NCBI GenBank assembly: GCA_964542025.1
Contig: CAZISY010000004.1
Coordinates: forward strand, 13,933-74,384
Direction: 5' to 3'
Source: an uncultured Verrucomicrobiota bacterium
GTDB lineage: Bacteria; Verrucomicrobiota; Kiritimatiellia; RZYC01
DNA: 60,452 bases
Shown here: positions 46,207 to 58,242 of the stretch, one piece after another
How the letters are laid out: each line of letters begins with the position of its first letter
How positions within the stretch are numbered: position 1 is the stretch's first letter
Program-made: the position numbers and the translations under genes
The notes under the pieces: model-generated
Databases searched by the model: none
Seen by the model: the letters and a program-made list of their open reading frames with translations, nothing else
Told to the model about the DNA's origin: nothing

Positions 46207-47115
46207 TTATTCTTCCGCAAAATAATCCGAATCGATTTTCTTTATCTCGAAGGCTCCGACTGTAGATACGCCGACATTATAATCTATCATCAATTGCGCC
46301 AGGGTCTCGCCGTCGACAAGGACTACCTTGGCATCAATACGCGAAACATAATCCTCTGCTTCGGCTGAAAATGTAGCGGTTGTGATGAATAACCCTTTTT
46401 TGGCGCGTTGGCCTGTCAGGGCGCCAACAAACTTCTGTATCTCGGGTCGGCCAACAGTATTGTCCCATCGCTTGGCTTGAATATAGATGGCATCGAGGCC
46501 CAGCTTATCTTCTTTAATAATGCCGTCGATTCCTCCATCCCCCGATTTCCCGATGGCTCGACCCGCATCCTTTCTGGTGCCCCCGTAACCCATTTTAACA
46601 ATCACCTCTACCACAAGACGCTCGAAAAATGCGGGGGAGCATGTTTTGAGTTGCTGTAACAGTTCGGTGGCAAGATCCCCGCGTAGTTTTTGGTAAGCGC
46701 CCTCAAGCGTTTCCTCGGGAGTATTGTCGTTAAGACCTAATTCCGGGGTATCCTCTTCTTCCCTATTGTGTCGAAGGGCCTTGAAGTCCTTAAATTCCTG
46801 AAAAGCAGCAAGAAACGCCCCATCGATCCGCTCGGGTTTCTTTTTGAGAACATCCAGCCCCCGCTTTGTTATGCGGTGGATACCTCGCTTTTCAGCCTGA
46901 ATGAGGGCAGCCTTTTTCATGTAAGTACGCCCCCAGTTCACACGGTTTTCAAAGAGGCCCTGGACGCCGCTGGGCAACATAGTCCGTTGTTCTTCGTCTG
47001 ACAGTCGAAACACTTCAGCAAGCGCATCGACAGATTCACGGTTGGTGTGCTCTTTGCCATCCGCATAAAATTCAAGAAGGGGTAGCATGCAGGTCTGATA
47101 ATCAGGTATAGCCAT
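46207..47115 (-). CDS. mrr: Mrr-family type IV restriction endonuclease
   Basis: N-terminal winged-helix MAIPDYQTCMLPLLEF..., and catalytic core GDGGIDGIIKEDKLGLDAIYIQAKRW. Sits in an AT-richer stretch. Confidence 0.85.
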   Translation of the reverse strand: MAIPDYQTCMLPLLEFYADGKEHTNRESVDALAEVFRLSDEEQRTMLPSGVQGLFENRVNWGRTYMKKAALIQAEKRGIHRITKRGLDVLKKKPERIDGAFLAAFQEFKDFKALRHNREEEDTPELGLNDNTPEETLEGAYQKLRGDLATELLQQLKTCSPAFFERLVVEVIVKMGYGGTRKDAGRAIGKSGDGGIDGIIKEDKLGLDAIYIQAKRWDNTVGRPEIQKFVGALTGQRAKKGLFITTATFSAEAEDYVSRIDAKVVLVDGETLAQLMIDYNVGVSTVGAFEIKKIDSDYFAEE

Positions 47116-47145
47116 TTCTATATCCTTCTTTCTCGGTGAATGTCA

Positions 47146-47346
47146 TTAATCGGCAGCGCGGTTTGCCGAGTACGCTGCATTGACATGTTCAAGTTCCTTT
47201 TCTGGCACTTTCCAAACAATTTTCTCACCGTCCCAAATCGGAATGGACTCCTTTTCTTGAACAGCTTTGCCTAAGACTCCGATGGCGGCGCGCTGCATCG
47301 CTCTTTCCGCAAGTTTTGTGCTTTCTCGCTTTGCATTAACTTTCAT
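47146..47346 (-). CDS. Small protein overlapping the 3' end of the zeta-like ATPase gene (candidate antitoxin/partner)
   Basis: 66 aa. Its start overlaps the ATPase gene by 11 nt. No family recognised. Confidence 0.45.
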   Translation of the reverse strand: MKVNAKRESTKLAERAMQRAAIGVLGKAVQEKESIPIWDGEKIVWKVPEKELEHVNAAYSANRAAD

Positions 47347-47839
47347 CGATTAACTCCGGTTCGCCATGGGATGTGTCCCATATTTTCCAATCATCTACGG
47401 CATTCTGGTAATCCTGCAAATGCATTAATCCCCTTTCATAACGTCGTTTTACAACATCATCGGGGATGTGATGTCCTCCATGCCTGACTCTGAGAGCGAC
47501 GCGGTTTATGGCCAGTTCAACAGAGGGTAGTCTAAGAAAATGAAGGACAACAAAATAGCCTTGCCGTTGCCATTTGGGTATCAGGCGCAAATATGCTTTC
47601 CCGCTGATTGTCGATTCAAGGCCAAACGATTTTTCCCGCCTGCAGCATTCCTCAATTCTCACGAGCATCAGTTTTGATGCTTCTATCGCTGCACTTTCGG
47701 GCGCAAAGGGGGATAAACCGGATGCGATCAGGTCCGCATTAATAAAGTCAACCGTTGCTGCCTCTTTCGGCAGAAACTCCCGCGCAAAGGTGGTTTTCCC
47801 GGCACCATTTGGCCCGGCGATTACGATTACCTGTTTCAT
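47336..47839 (-). CDS. Zeta-toxin-like / COG4185-type P-loop kinase
   Basis: MKQVIVIAGPNGAGKTTFAREFL (Walker A), FINADLIA, GLESTISG and LAINRVALRVRHGGHHIPDDVVKRRY. Confidence 0.7.
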   Translation of the reverse strand: MKQVIVIAGPNGAGKTTFAREFLPKEAATVDFINADLIASGLSPFAPESAAIEASKLMLVRIEECCRREKSFGLESTISGKAYLRLIPKWQRQGYFVVLHFLRLPSVELAINRVALRVRHGGHHIPDDVVKRRYERGLMHLQDYQNAVDDWKIWDTSHGEPELIDES

Positions 47840-47951
47840 GCCAAAAAGAGTAAGACAAGCGGCAGACCTTGTCGATACATGGATTTTACCGAATTTCGAA
47901 CGTTGGCCCTGAGTGCCGGCGTTTTACGCTACGCTCCGGGGCTTTGTTCGC

Positions 47952-48179
47952 TCAATTATCTCTTTCCGTTCTGCTGTGTGTTGCTTTTTCCCATCCTACG
48001 ATGATCAGCAGAATAAGTAACGGCAAGAATGCTGCCGTGATTCCTGCGACAAAAAACCATTTAGAGGCAGAGAGCAAGTTGGGTATGTGCCAGTGTTTTG
48101 CGACGAGTTGGCAAAGCAGGCTGTTAAACAACATTCCGAGTGCAGTTCCGGCAACGATATGTTCTGGTCTGATTTTCAT
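47952..48179 (-). CDS. Small two-TM membrane protein (hypothetical)
   Basis: 75 aa with two hydrophobic helices. It is the only plausible ORF in the AT-rich 47.84-48.45 kb stretch. Confidence 0.3.
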   Translation of the reverse strand: MKIRPEHIVAGTALGMLFNSLLCQLVAKHWHIPNLLSASKWFFVAGITAAFLPLLILLIIVGWEKATHSRTERDN

Positions 48180-48456
48180 CGCTTCTTTACCGACGGTGTT
48201 ATTAGCCTTACGTCGGTATTTTCAGGCCCTTTGTATTGTGAAAGGGAGGATTAGGTGTGTGAAAAGATGTCGTCAACGTTGAAGGTTGGTTGTTTTGAGG
48301 GAGTTTCGTTTTTAGCTGTTTTAGCATACGGGCGAAGTAGGGTTTATGCAGGAGTCTGATTTTAGGGGCCTTTGGCTGTGACAAAAAGAAATACCGCAGG
48401 GCAGGCGGGACATGAATCACAGAGAAGCGGTCGGCTCGCAGCGCCGGCCGTATTGC

Positions 48457-49374
48457 TCAGGGGCATGATGCCGACCAGAGGTGCTCGGGGTAGATGCCGC
48501 GGTCAATCAGGGCGCGGACGGCCTGCATGACGAACGGCTTGTCGTCGTTGTAGGTCACGCCGAACCATTGATCGTTCGTGCGGAGCACTCGTACCCGCGC
48601 CGCCCCGGAGCGAATGAGCGGGTCAATCACGGAAGGAATATAGAACTCGGCGCGTTCCTGGGCGCCCTGTTCGTGCAGAAAGCGTACAAAGGCTTTTTCC
48701 AACGATTGGAAAAAGTTCGGGAAGAAGCCCCAGGTGTTCATGGATACCGGCTCTCCGCCCTGAAAAACGGTTTCGTGTCCTTCCGCAGTGTTGACGATGC
48801 GGCGCCGGGCGTCGAATCCGATTTTGGTGAACTCGGTGACGCTTTCCAGCCAGCCCTCCGGGTTGACGCGGCACAAGCCGCGCGAAACGGTGCCATGCTC
48901 TGAAAGCGTGTTGCGCAGTTCAAAGCCGACCATGCAGTAATCGGTGGAATCGGCCGGAGCCGCCTGAAGATAGCGGGCCAGCGTTTCAAAGGAACGGCGT
49001 CCGTAAAAATCATCGGCATTGATCACGGCAAACGGGGTATGCACCTGATCACGCGCGGATAAAATGGCGTGCGCCGTGCCCCACGGTTTTTTGCGTCCGG
49101 GCGGTACGGCAAACGGCGCGGGCAGGCGATCCAGCGTCTGAAAGGCATAGTCCACGTCCACATGCTGTTCCAGGCGGCGGCCGATGCACGCACGAAAATC
49201 CTGTTCGAGGTCGGGACGGATAACGGGGACGACCCGGCCGAACCCGGCGCGCAGGGCATCGTATACGGAGTAATCCATCACGACTTCGCCGCCCGGGCCC
49301 ACGGGATCCAGCTGCTTGAGTCCGCCATACCGGCTTCCCATGCCGGCTGCCAAAATCACCAGGGTAGGTTTCAT
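48457..49374 (-). CDS. Sugar-phosphate nucleotidyltransferase family protein
   Basis: LVILAAGMGSRYGGLKQLDPVGP, KKPWGTAHA and INADDFYG. ATG 49374 is preferred over 49497. Confidence 0.7.
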   Translation of the reverse strand: MKPTLVILAAGMGSRYGGLKQLDPVGPGGEVVMDYSVYDALRAGFGRVVPVIRPDLEQDFRACIGRRLEQHVDVDYAFQTLDRLPAPFAVPPGRKKPWGTAHAILSARDQVHTPFAVINADDFYGRRSFETLARYLQAAPADSTDYCMVGFELRNTLSEHGTVSRGLCRVNPEGWLESVTEFTKIGFDARRRIVNTAEGHETVFQGGEPVSMNTWGFFPNFFQSLEKAFVRFLHEQGAQERAEFYIPSVIDPLIRSGAARVRVLRTNDQWFGVTYNDDKPFVMQAVRALIDRGIYPEHLWSASCP

Positions 49375-49397
49375 CGGTTTGTCGTGCCTCCTCTCCA

Positions 49398-50363
49398 TTA
49401 AATCAGGGATTGCTGGACGGGTTTTTCGCGTCCGGGTTGGGGAACGCCTTTCCCGAGTTTTTGCAGGACGGCCGTCATATCCTCCCAGACTTCCCAAAAG
49501 GGTTTGCTGTTTCCGCCGCCGTTGCGCAGCAGGTAGGAGGGGTGATACGTGGGCATCGTGTCGATGCCTTCATACACCAGCCATTTTCCGCGGTATTTGG
49601 TGATGCCTTTGTAGCCGAAAAGTCCCTGCATGGCGGTATTGCCCAGCAGCACAATGACCTTTGGTTTGAGCAGGGCGATCTGCTTTTTCAGGTAGGGCAG
49701 GCAGCCGGCCATTTCTTCGGGTTCGGGGGGACGATCCCGCGTGCCTTCGTTGTCCACGGTCGGGCGGCACTTGACGATATTGCCGATAAATACGGTTTCG
49801 CGGGTATAGCCCATTTTAATGATGAGGCGCGTCAGCAGTTCGCCGGCCCGCCCCACGAATGGAATCCCCTGCGCGTCTTCGTCCTTCCCGGGGCCTTCGC
49901 CGATGAAGAGGATGTCGGGGGTGGAGCACCCTGTGCCCGGTACGGCGTTGGTGCGCCACTGGTGCAGCGGACACTGCCTGCACGAATTGATGCGCGCGGC
50001 CAATTCCTCCAGGGAATCCGGGAGAGGCGCCGAATTGATCACTACGGCGGCGGATGCGGCGACCGTTTTTTCCGCTTTAGCCGGCGGACGCGCAGCAGGC
50101 GGGCGGGTCGCGTATGGTTCCTTTCGTTCGGAAACGGACGCGGCGGGTTCGGCCGGGATCTGCGCCGGGACGGGGGCGGGCGCTCTTTTCGGGACGGGAG
50201 GCGGTGCCGGTTTTCCGCGCACGGCGTCGCCGAGGGCCCGCACGACGGCGGGGTCCAGCTCCAGGGTGGTTTGTCCGCTCTCTTTTTCCCGACCGAGCAG
50301 TTGAATGGTCTGGTCTAATAAATCAGTCAGTGCCCGGGCGGGATTATTTTGGTGTTCGCTCAT
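49398..50363 (-). CDS. Family-4 uracil-DNA glycosylase with a Pro/Ala-rich N-terminal extension
   Basis: CRQCPL, LFIGEGPGKDEDAQGIPFVGRAGELL and a late HPSYLLR. About 115 aa of low-complexity sequence precedes the core. Confidence 0.8.
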   Translation of the reverse strand: MSEHQNNPARALTDLLDQTIQLLGREKESGQTTLELDPAVVRALGDAVRGKPAPPPVPKRAPAPVPAQIPAEPAASVSERKEPYATRPPAARPPAKAEKTVAASAAVVINSAPLPDSLEELAARINSCRQCPLHQWRTNAVPGTGCSTPDILFIGEGPGKDEDAQGIPFVGRAGELLTRLIIKMGYTRETVFIGNIVKCRPTVDNEGTRDRPPEPEEMAGCLPYLKKQIALLKPKVIVLLGNTAMQGLFGYKGITKYRGKWLVYEGIDTMPTYHPSYLLRNGGGNSKPFWEVWEDMTAVLQKLGKGVPQPGREKPVQQSLI

Positions 50364-50402
50364 AGTGTTTCGTCGGTTGGTGTGCTGGAAAAATTGGCCG
50401 TT

Positions 50403-52142
50403 TTACGGAGTGTTAGCGGGCGGTGCGTAGGAGGTGGGGCCGTTGGTCCACTCGGCGATATCGTACCATGCCTTGGGGTAGCCCACTTCCTGCGCCATTT
50501 GCCCGGGATTATTCACATAGCCATCGGCATACTTGGCGATCAGCAGGCCGGCGAAGCGCCACCAATCGGCGACAATCTGGTCGGCCTGGGTTTCACAGTA
50601 GGTGGTCATCAGTTGGCGGGCCTTGTCCGGATCCGTCGCATAAAGTTCGGCGGCCCGGGCGTCCATGCGCTGAATGCCGTCGACCAGGGCGGTTTCAAAT
50701 TCATTTTGCTTCTGCTGGATATCCTCAATCATGTAGCAGAATTTCAGTCCGGCCCAGTTGGCCACGAAGTTGAATACCCACCAGGCGCTGTCGAGACTGA
50801 ACCGTTCGGTATCGCAAGTGTAGTAGGCGGCGGCGATGTTCGTCACGCCCGCATAGAAGGGCACATAGCAGGTGCTGAGCGGCTCGTTGGGGCCGAACCA
50901 GCAGACGCCGCCCACGGCATCGGGCAGCCAACTGCGTCCCTGACAGACATAGGAATAGCCGCAGCGGTAAATGGAAATCGTACGTTCCCAGGCGCCCAGC
51001 CGTTTGGCATGCGGATCGCCGGTATCGCTGCCTGCATCCATGGGGCCGGGGTAGCGGTACGGGCAGCCGAACGGTCCGGCCGTGATGCCCTTCGACTGAT
51101 CAAACTCGGTGCCCTGATAGTAATCGCGGTACAGGCTTATCACATCGCGCAGGCCCACTTTTTCGTCCGGCTTGATGGAAAACGGATACGCCCGCGTGAG
51201 GCCGTCTTCCACCCAGGGTGAAAAATTGGAGGAGGGGGAGAGCCTGGACATGACACGCCACACGCGGCGCAGGGAGTAATACGGATGGCTGTACTCTCCC
51301 TCGCTGACTGTCCGCAGCCAGTCCAGCGGGCCGTCCTCGGGTTTCCACCAGCCGGCCGCCTGAGCCACCGCATGCAGATTGGTACTGAACAGCATGTCCG
51401 GATCATTCGGGTCCACCTCGCGGATACGAAATTCGTTGGCGGCCACAAAGATTTCGCCGTCGGGCACTTTTTTCGCCACCCAGAGGCCGCCGGCGCCTTC
51501 CGGGCTCGGCGCCATTTCCATGACCCATCCTTCCTGCGGGTCGGCGATCGGCAGCGTTTCGCCGGTGCCGTAAAAACCGTAGGTGTCAATCAATTGGCCG
51601 ATCAGTTCCACGGCCTCGCGGGCGGTTTTGCAGCGCTCCAGCGCCACGCGTCCGAGTTCCGCGCTGTAGAAAATTCGTTTTCCGGGCAGGGGTTCCATCT
51701 GCACCTTCACGCCGTCCGTGCATTCGCCCATCATCAGTTGGTGTTCGTTCATGATGGCATAGCCGCCGTCAAAATAGGCGTAGGTGTGTTCCACCTGCGG
51801 AATATAACCCAGCGGCAGGCTCTGCGGCAGGGCGGGGTCGTCATAGGCGTCACTGCGGTTTTTGCCCACATACCGATGGATGGACTCCGTATGATAATCC
51901 GGCCGCTCTCCCACGGAGTTGGCATCGAAATACACCGGACGCAATGAGCCGGGCGCATAATCCTTCGCAGGGACATACACCATGCGCGGGTCACCCATCT
52001 CGCCGTCGTCGGAGTGCGCCACAAAAACCGATCCGTCCCGGCTGGCTCCTTTGGTGATCAGCATGGTGGTACAGGCCCATACGGATGAGGCGGATAGCAC
52101 CCCGGCGGCAAGCCCGACGGACAGGAAGTTTTTTTTCTTCAT
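50403..52142 (-). CDS. Secreted C69-family dipeptidase
   Basis: A signal peptide is followed directly by the nucleophile context WACTTMLITKGASRDGSVFVAHSDD. Confidence 0.8.
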   Translation of the reverse strand: MKKKNFLSVGLAAGVLSASSVWACTTMLITKGASRDGSVFVAHSDDGEMGDPRMVYVPAKDYAPGSLRPVYFDANSVGERPDYHTESIHRYVGKNRSDAYDDPALPQSLPLGYIPQVEHTYAYFDGGYAIMNEHQLMMGECTDGVKVQMEPLPGKRIFYSAELGRVALERCKTAREAVELIGQLIDTYGFYGTGETLPIADPQEGWVMEMAPSPEGAGGLWVAKKVPDGEIFVAANEFRIREVDPNDPDMLFSTNLHAVAQAAGWWKPEDGPLDWLRTVSEGEYSHPYYSLRRVWRVMSRLSPSSNFSPWVEDGLTRAYPFSIKPDEKVGLRDVISLYRDYYQGTEFDQSKGITAGPFGCPYRYPGPMDAGSDTGDPHAKRLGAWERTISIYRCGYSYVCQGRSWLPDAVGGVCWFGPNEPLSTCYVPFYAGVTNIAAAYYTCDTERFSLDSAWWVFNFVANWAGLKFCYMIEDIQQKQNEFETALVDGIQRMDARAAELYATDPDKARQLMTTYCETQADQIVADWWRFAGLLIAKYADGYVNNPGQMAQEVGYPKAWYDIAEWTNGPTSYAPPANTP

Positions 52143-52466
52143 GGCGGTTCCTCGTTATGTGGTTTGTTTAGAACGGACTGCGAACCCCGGACGGCTGCGC
52201 CATCCCTGAAATACAGAGGCGAAGCTACGCAAGCCGTCCGGGCTTGTCGATGAAAATCGAAGAAACGCGCCGCCGCCTGCGTCGGAGGTGCGCGGGAGCG
52301 GCGCGCGCCCGTCAAAACATCCGCTTCTTGAAGCTAAAAGACCCTTGCCCGCGAAAAAAAAGAGCCGTATAAACTCGTGGCTGCGCGGGATGGGCGGAGC
52401 GATTCCGTTCATCGCCGCAGGCGGCGTCATTTCGGGAACAAAACCCGTTTTCGTGAAGAGGTGTGC

Positions 52467-52874
52467 ATGGCACTGAAAAAGATCAGTCGTACTCCGGAGG
52501 AAGAGGCGAAGGCGCTCGCGGCGCTGAGTCGGGAGCGTGAAAAACGTGAGAGCAGTTATCGCGGCCGCGCGCTGAAATTGTTCCCGCATATTTGCGCCCG
52601 CTGCGGCCGGGAATTCGAGGGGCGGAATCTTCCCGAATTGACCGTGCATCACAAAGACCACGATCATACAAACAATCCGCCCGACGGCAGCAATTGGGAG
52701 CTGCTTTGTCTGTATTGTCACGACAACGAGCACGAGAAATACCTGATGAAAGGGCATGGGGGCGGCCCGACCCGTGATAAAACGCCCGCGCCCTCTGTTT
52801 TTTCGCCCTTTTCGGGGTTGGATTCTCTGTTGGGCAGTACGCCTCCGAAAGAACCGTCCGACGGAGAAACCTGA
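52467..52874 (+). CDS. yajD: YajD-like HNH endonuclease family protein
   Basis: CARCGREF...LTVHHKDHDHTNNPPDGSNWELLCLYCHDNEH. ATG 52467 is preferred over 52377. Confidence 0.8.
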   Translation: MALKKISRTPEEEAKALAALSREREKRESSYRGRALKLFPHICARCGREFEGRNLPELTVHHKDHDHTNNPPDGSNWELLCLYCHDNEHEKYLMKGHGGGPTRDKTPAPSVFSPFSGLDSLLGSTPPKEPSDGET

Positions 52875-53063
52875 TCCCGTTTCGCATGCGTTCGATGGCC
52901 GGAAAATCGTTTTATCTTGTTCCTGTTTGTGGTTGTCATTTTCCGGGTGACGCGATACTTTTCGCCCGGTTCTGCCACCATTCATCCGTACACAGGACGG
53001 GAAGAGGGCGGCGGGATGCGCAATTCAGCAGATCATAGGGTTTCCAGAACAGAAAGGTGAGTC

Positions 53064-55613
<2,550 letters not shown>

Positions 55614-55635
55614 TAACGGACGGTTTCTGATTGAA

Positions 55636-55672
55636 AACCGCCACGGCCTGAAAAAGCTGCGGCGGTTTTTTT
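55636..55672 (+). terminator. Rho-independent terminator after hppA
   Basis: AACCGCCAC...GCGGCGG stem followed by TTTTTTT. Confidence 0.6.
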
Positions 55673-55798
55673 GTGGGCAGGGAATGCGCGTTCCGTTTTC
55701 CATTTCTGCTTGCCATCCCCGGGCGATCCCGACAATCTACGCGCGCAACAGCCGGGAATCTCCCGGTTGCATCGGAGTTAAAAACAAGAAGAGGTTTT

Positions 55799-57073
55799 AT
55801 GACGGCGCCGTGGATTAGTCTGATCGTTTTTGTGTTGTGCTACGCCCTCTTTGTGGTGCTTCCGCAGCGAAGGTCGTGGACGGCCTGCATCGGCGGGGCG
55901 CTGCTGGTGTTGACAGGCGTGCTGGGCTGGAAAGAGGCCCTGCTGGAAAAAGTCAGCTGGAATGTGATGGGTCTTTTTTTCGGTACGCTTATTCTGGCCG
56001 AGCTGTTTTTAATGTCGCGCGTTCCGGCGGTCATGGCCGAATGGCTGGTCACACGAGCCAAATCCACCCGCGTCGCCATGCTGGCGCTCTGTGCGCTGGC
56101 TGGCTTCATTTCCATGTTTGTGGAGAATGTGGCGGTGGTGCTGCTGGTGGCGCCCGTGGCGCTGAGTCTGGCCGAAAAACTGAAGATCAATCCGGTGCCG
56201 TTGCTGATCGGCATAGCCGTCAGCAGCAATTTACAGGGAACGGCCACGATGATCGGCGATCCCCCGAGCATGATTCTGGCGGGGTATATGCGCATGGGTT
56301 TCTGGGATTTCTTTTTGTATCAGGGAAAGCTGAGCATCTTTTTTGCCGTGGAAATCGGCGCGATCGCGTCGCTGATTGTGCTGGGGTGGATTTATCGCCG
56401 CCACAGCTCGAAACCATCGCATGTTCCGCAGGAGAAGGCCCGGTCATGGGTGCCGGCCTGCCTGTTGGGTGTGTTGATACTCGGCCTGTCCTTTGCGACG
56501 GTGTTTGACCCCGAGTTCGCGTGGTTCGCCGGCATTTTCACCCTGCTGCTGAGCGCGGGGGCCCTGGTCTGGTTCCGGTTTTTCGCGCGCTGGGGAAGCA
56601 CCCGCAAACTGTTTAAAACGCTGGATTGGGATACGACATTCTTCCTGATCGGCGTTTTTGTGCTGGTGGGCGGTCTCAGCGATTCGGGCTGGATGGACAA
56701 GCTGTCCGCGTTTATGTCGTCCTCCGTGGGTGGAAGCGTGGCGCTGGCCTTCGCGATGATTGTTGTTTTCGCGGTGATCGTTTCCGGATTTGTGGATAAT
56801 GTTCCGTTTCTGCTGGTGATGATTCCGGTTGCGCAAAAGGTGGCCGATCAAATGGCGGTGCCGGTTCCGCTGCTGATGTTCGGTCTGCTGATCGGGGCGT
56901 GTCTGGGCGGGAACCTGACACCGATTGGCGCGTCCGCCAACGTGGTGACGCTGGGGATTCTCAAGAAACACGGGCATACCGTCACGTTTCGGGCGTTTAT
57001 GGGCATCGGAATTCCGGTGACCATTGCCGCCGTATGCAGCGCCTGCGCTTTGGTATGGTGGATTTGGGGATAG
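55799..57073 (+). CDS. ArsB/NhaD (SLC13-like) superfamily permease
   Basis: About 12 TM helices. FVENVAVVLLVAPV and NLQGTATMIGDPPSMIL are typical of the family. ATG 55799 is preferred over 55673. Confidence 0.7.
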   Translation: MTAPWISLIVFVLCYALFVVLPQRRSWTACIGGALLVLTGVLGWKEALLEKVSWNVMGLFFGTLILAELFLMSRVPAVMAEWLVTRAKSTRVAMLALCALAGFISMFVENVAVVLLVAPVALSLAEKLKINPVPLLIGIAVSSNLQGTATMIGDPPSMILAGYMRMGFWDFFLYQGKLSIFFAVEIGAIASLIVLGWIYRRHSSKPSHVPQEKARSWVPACLLGVLILGLSFATVFDPEFAWFAGIFTLLLSAGALVWFRFFARWGSTRKLFKTLDWDTTFFLIGVFVLVGGLSDSGWMDKLSAFMSSSVGGSVALAFAMIVVFAVIVSGFVDNVPFLLVMIPVAQKVADQMAVPVPLLMFGLLIGACLGGNLTPIGASANVVTLGILKKHGHTVTFRAFMGIGIPVTIAAVCSACALVWWIWG

Positions 57074-57124
57074 AAATCCAGCCCGGGGTCCCCTGTTTTG
57101 CCCGAATTTTACAAATAATAACGC

Positions 57125-57152
57125 TTGCTCCGCGCCTTGGGGGTGCTATATT
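57125..57152 (+). promoter_or_regulatory. Candidate sigma-70 promoter of rpsB-tsf, followed by a structured leader of about 115 nt
   Basis: TTGCTC, a 16-nt spacer, then TATATT. The leader contains hairpins GCCCGGC-TCGGTT-GCCGGGC and CGGGA-TAA-TCCCG before the GGAGG SD. Confidence 0.4.
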
Positions 57153-57268
57153 CCGCCCCCTACAAAGGGCCCGGCTCGGTTGCCGGGCGGAAGCGAGTAC
57201 CTTTCCGGCCACGGGAAGAGAAAGCGGATTTTTCGGGATAATCCCGGAACAACTCACAGGAGGTTATT

Positions 57269-58207
57269 GTGACAGAGACCAGTGGCGTCGTGCAAACGAA
57301 GGTGACCGTTCAGGATATGCTGGATGCGGGCCTTCACTTCGGACATCAAACCAAGCGCTGGAATCCCAAAATGAAACGCTTCATTTTCGGCGAGCGCAAC
57401 GGAATCTATATCATCGACCTGGCGAAAAGCCTGGCTCTTCTGCGCGTCGCGCAGGAGTTTGTGTATGACTTGATTCTTTCCGGCAAATCCATCCTGTTTG
57501 TGGGAACCAAAAAACAGGCCCAGGAGCCGCTCAAAGAAACCACCGACCGCCTGAAACAGCACTGCGTGACCCATCGCTGGCTGGGCGGTATGCTGACGAA
57601 CAACGAAACCATCCGCAAAAGCGTCTTGCGTATGCGTGAACTCGAAAAGATGGCTGCCGACGATGAATTTAAAAGCGCCGGCTCCAAAAAAGAAGCCGCA
57701 CGCCTTCGCCGCGAAATGGAAAAATTACAGAAGAACCTGAGCGGTATTTCCACGATGGATCGCCTTCCGGGCGCCCTGTTTGTGGTGGACGTGAACCGCG
57801 AATCCATCGCCGTGACGGAAGCCAGGAAGCTGGGAATTCCGGTCATTGCCATGCTGGATACCAACTGCGATCCGGACAATATCGATTACCCGATCCCGGG
57901 CAATGATGATGCCATCCGTGCCATTCGCCTGGTGACGAAGGTGCTGGGGGATACGATCCTGCAGGCCTCGAACGAATATGCCAAGAAGGCTTCCGACGAA
58001 CTGCGCCGCAAGGCCGCTGAAGATGCCGAAGCCAAAGCCAAAGCCAAAACCGAGCGCGAAACACGCCGCGTGAAGGAAGAAACCGCCCGCAAGACCCGCG
58101 TGCCGAAGAAAGCCACAGCAAAAGCGGCCGGCGAAGAAGTTGCGGCGGCGGAACCGGTTGCCGAAGCGGCCCCCGCTGTCGAAACACCCGCACCTGCTGC
58201 CGAATAA
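57269..58207 (+). CDS. rpsB: 30S ribosomal protein S2 (with Lys/Ala/Glu-rich C-terminal tail)
   Basis: [25 protein letters not shown] and [14 protein letters not shown] start 6 nt after GGAGG. Confidence 0.92.
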   Translation: MTETSGVVQTKVTVQDMLDAGLHFGHQTKRWNPKMKRFIFGERNGIYIIDLAKSLALLRVAQEFVYDLILSGKSILFVGTKKQAQEPLKETTDRLKQHCVTHRWLGGMLTNNETIRKSVLRMRELEKMAADDEFKSAGSKKEAARLRREMEKLQKNLSGISTMDRLPGALFVVDVNRESIAVTEARKLGIPVIAMLDTNCDPDNIDYPIPGNDDAIRAIRLVTKVLGDTILQASNEYAKKASDELRRKAAEDAEAKAKAKTERETRRVKEETARKTRVPKKATAKAAGEEVAAAEPVAEAAPAVETPAPAAE

Positions 58208-58242
58208 TGCGGCGGGAGTGAGATTTAGGAAAGGACTTTATC

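Noticed and set aside
48188-48218. Hairpin TACCGACG-15 nt-CGTCGGTA followed by TTTTC, as a terminator
   Set aside because: No plus-strand gene ends upstream of it, and on the minus strand it lacks a T-tract. Its function is undetermined, and it is mentioned only within the island finding.
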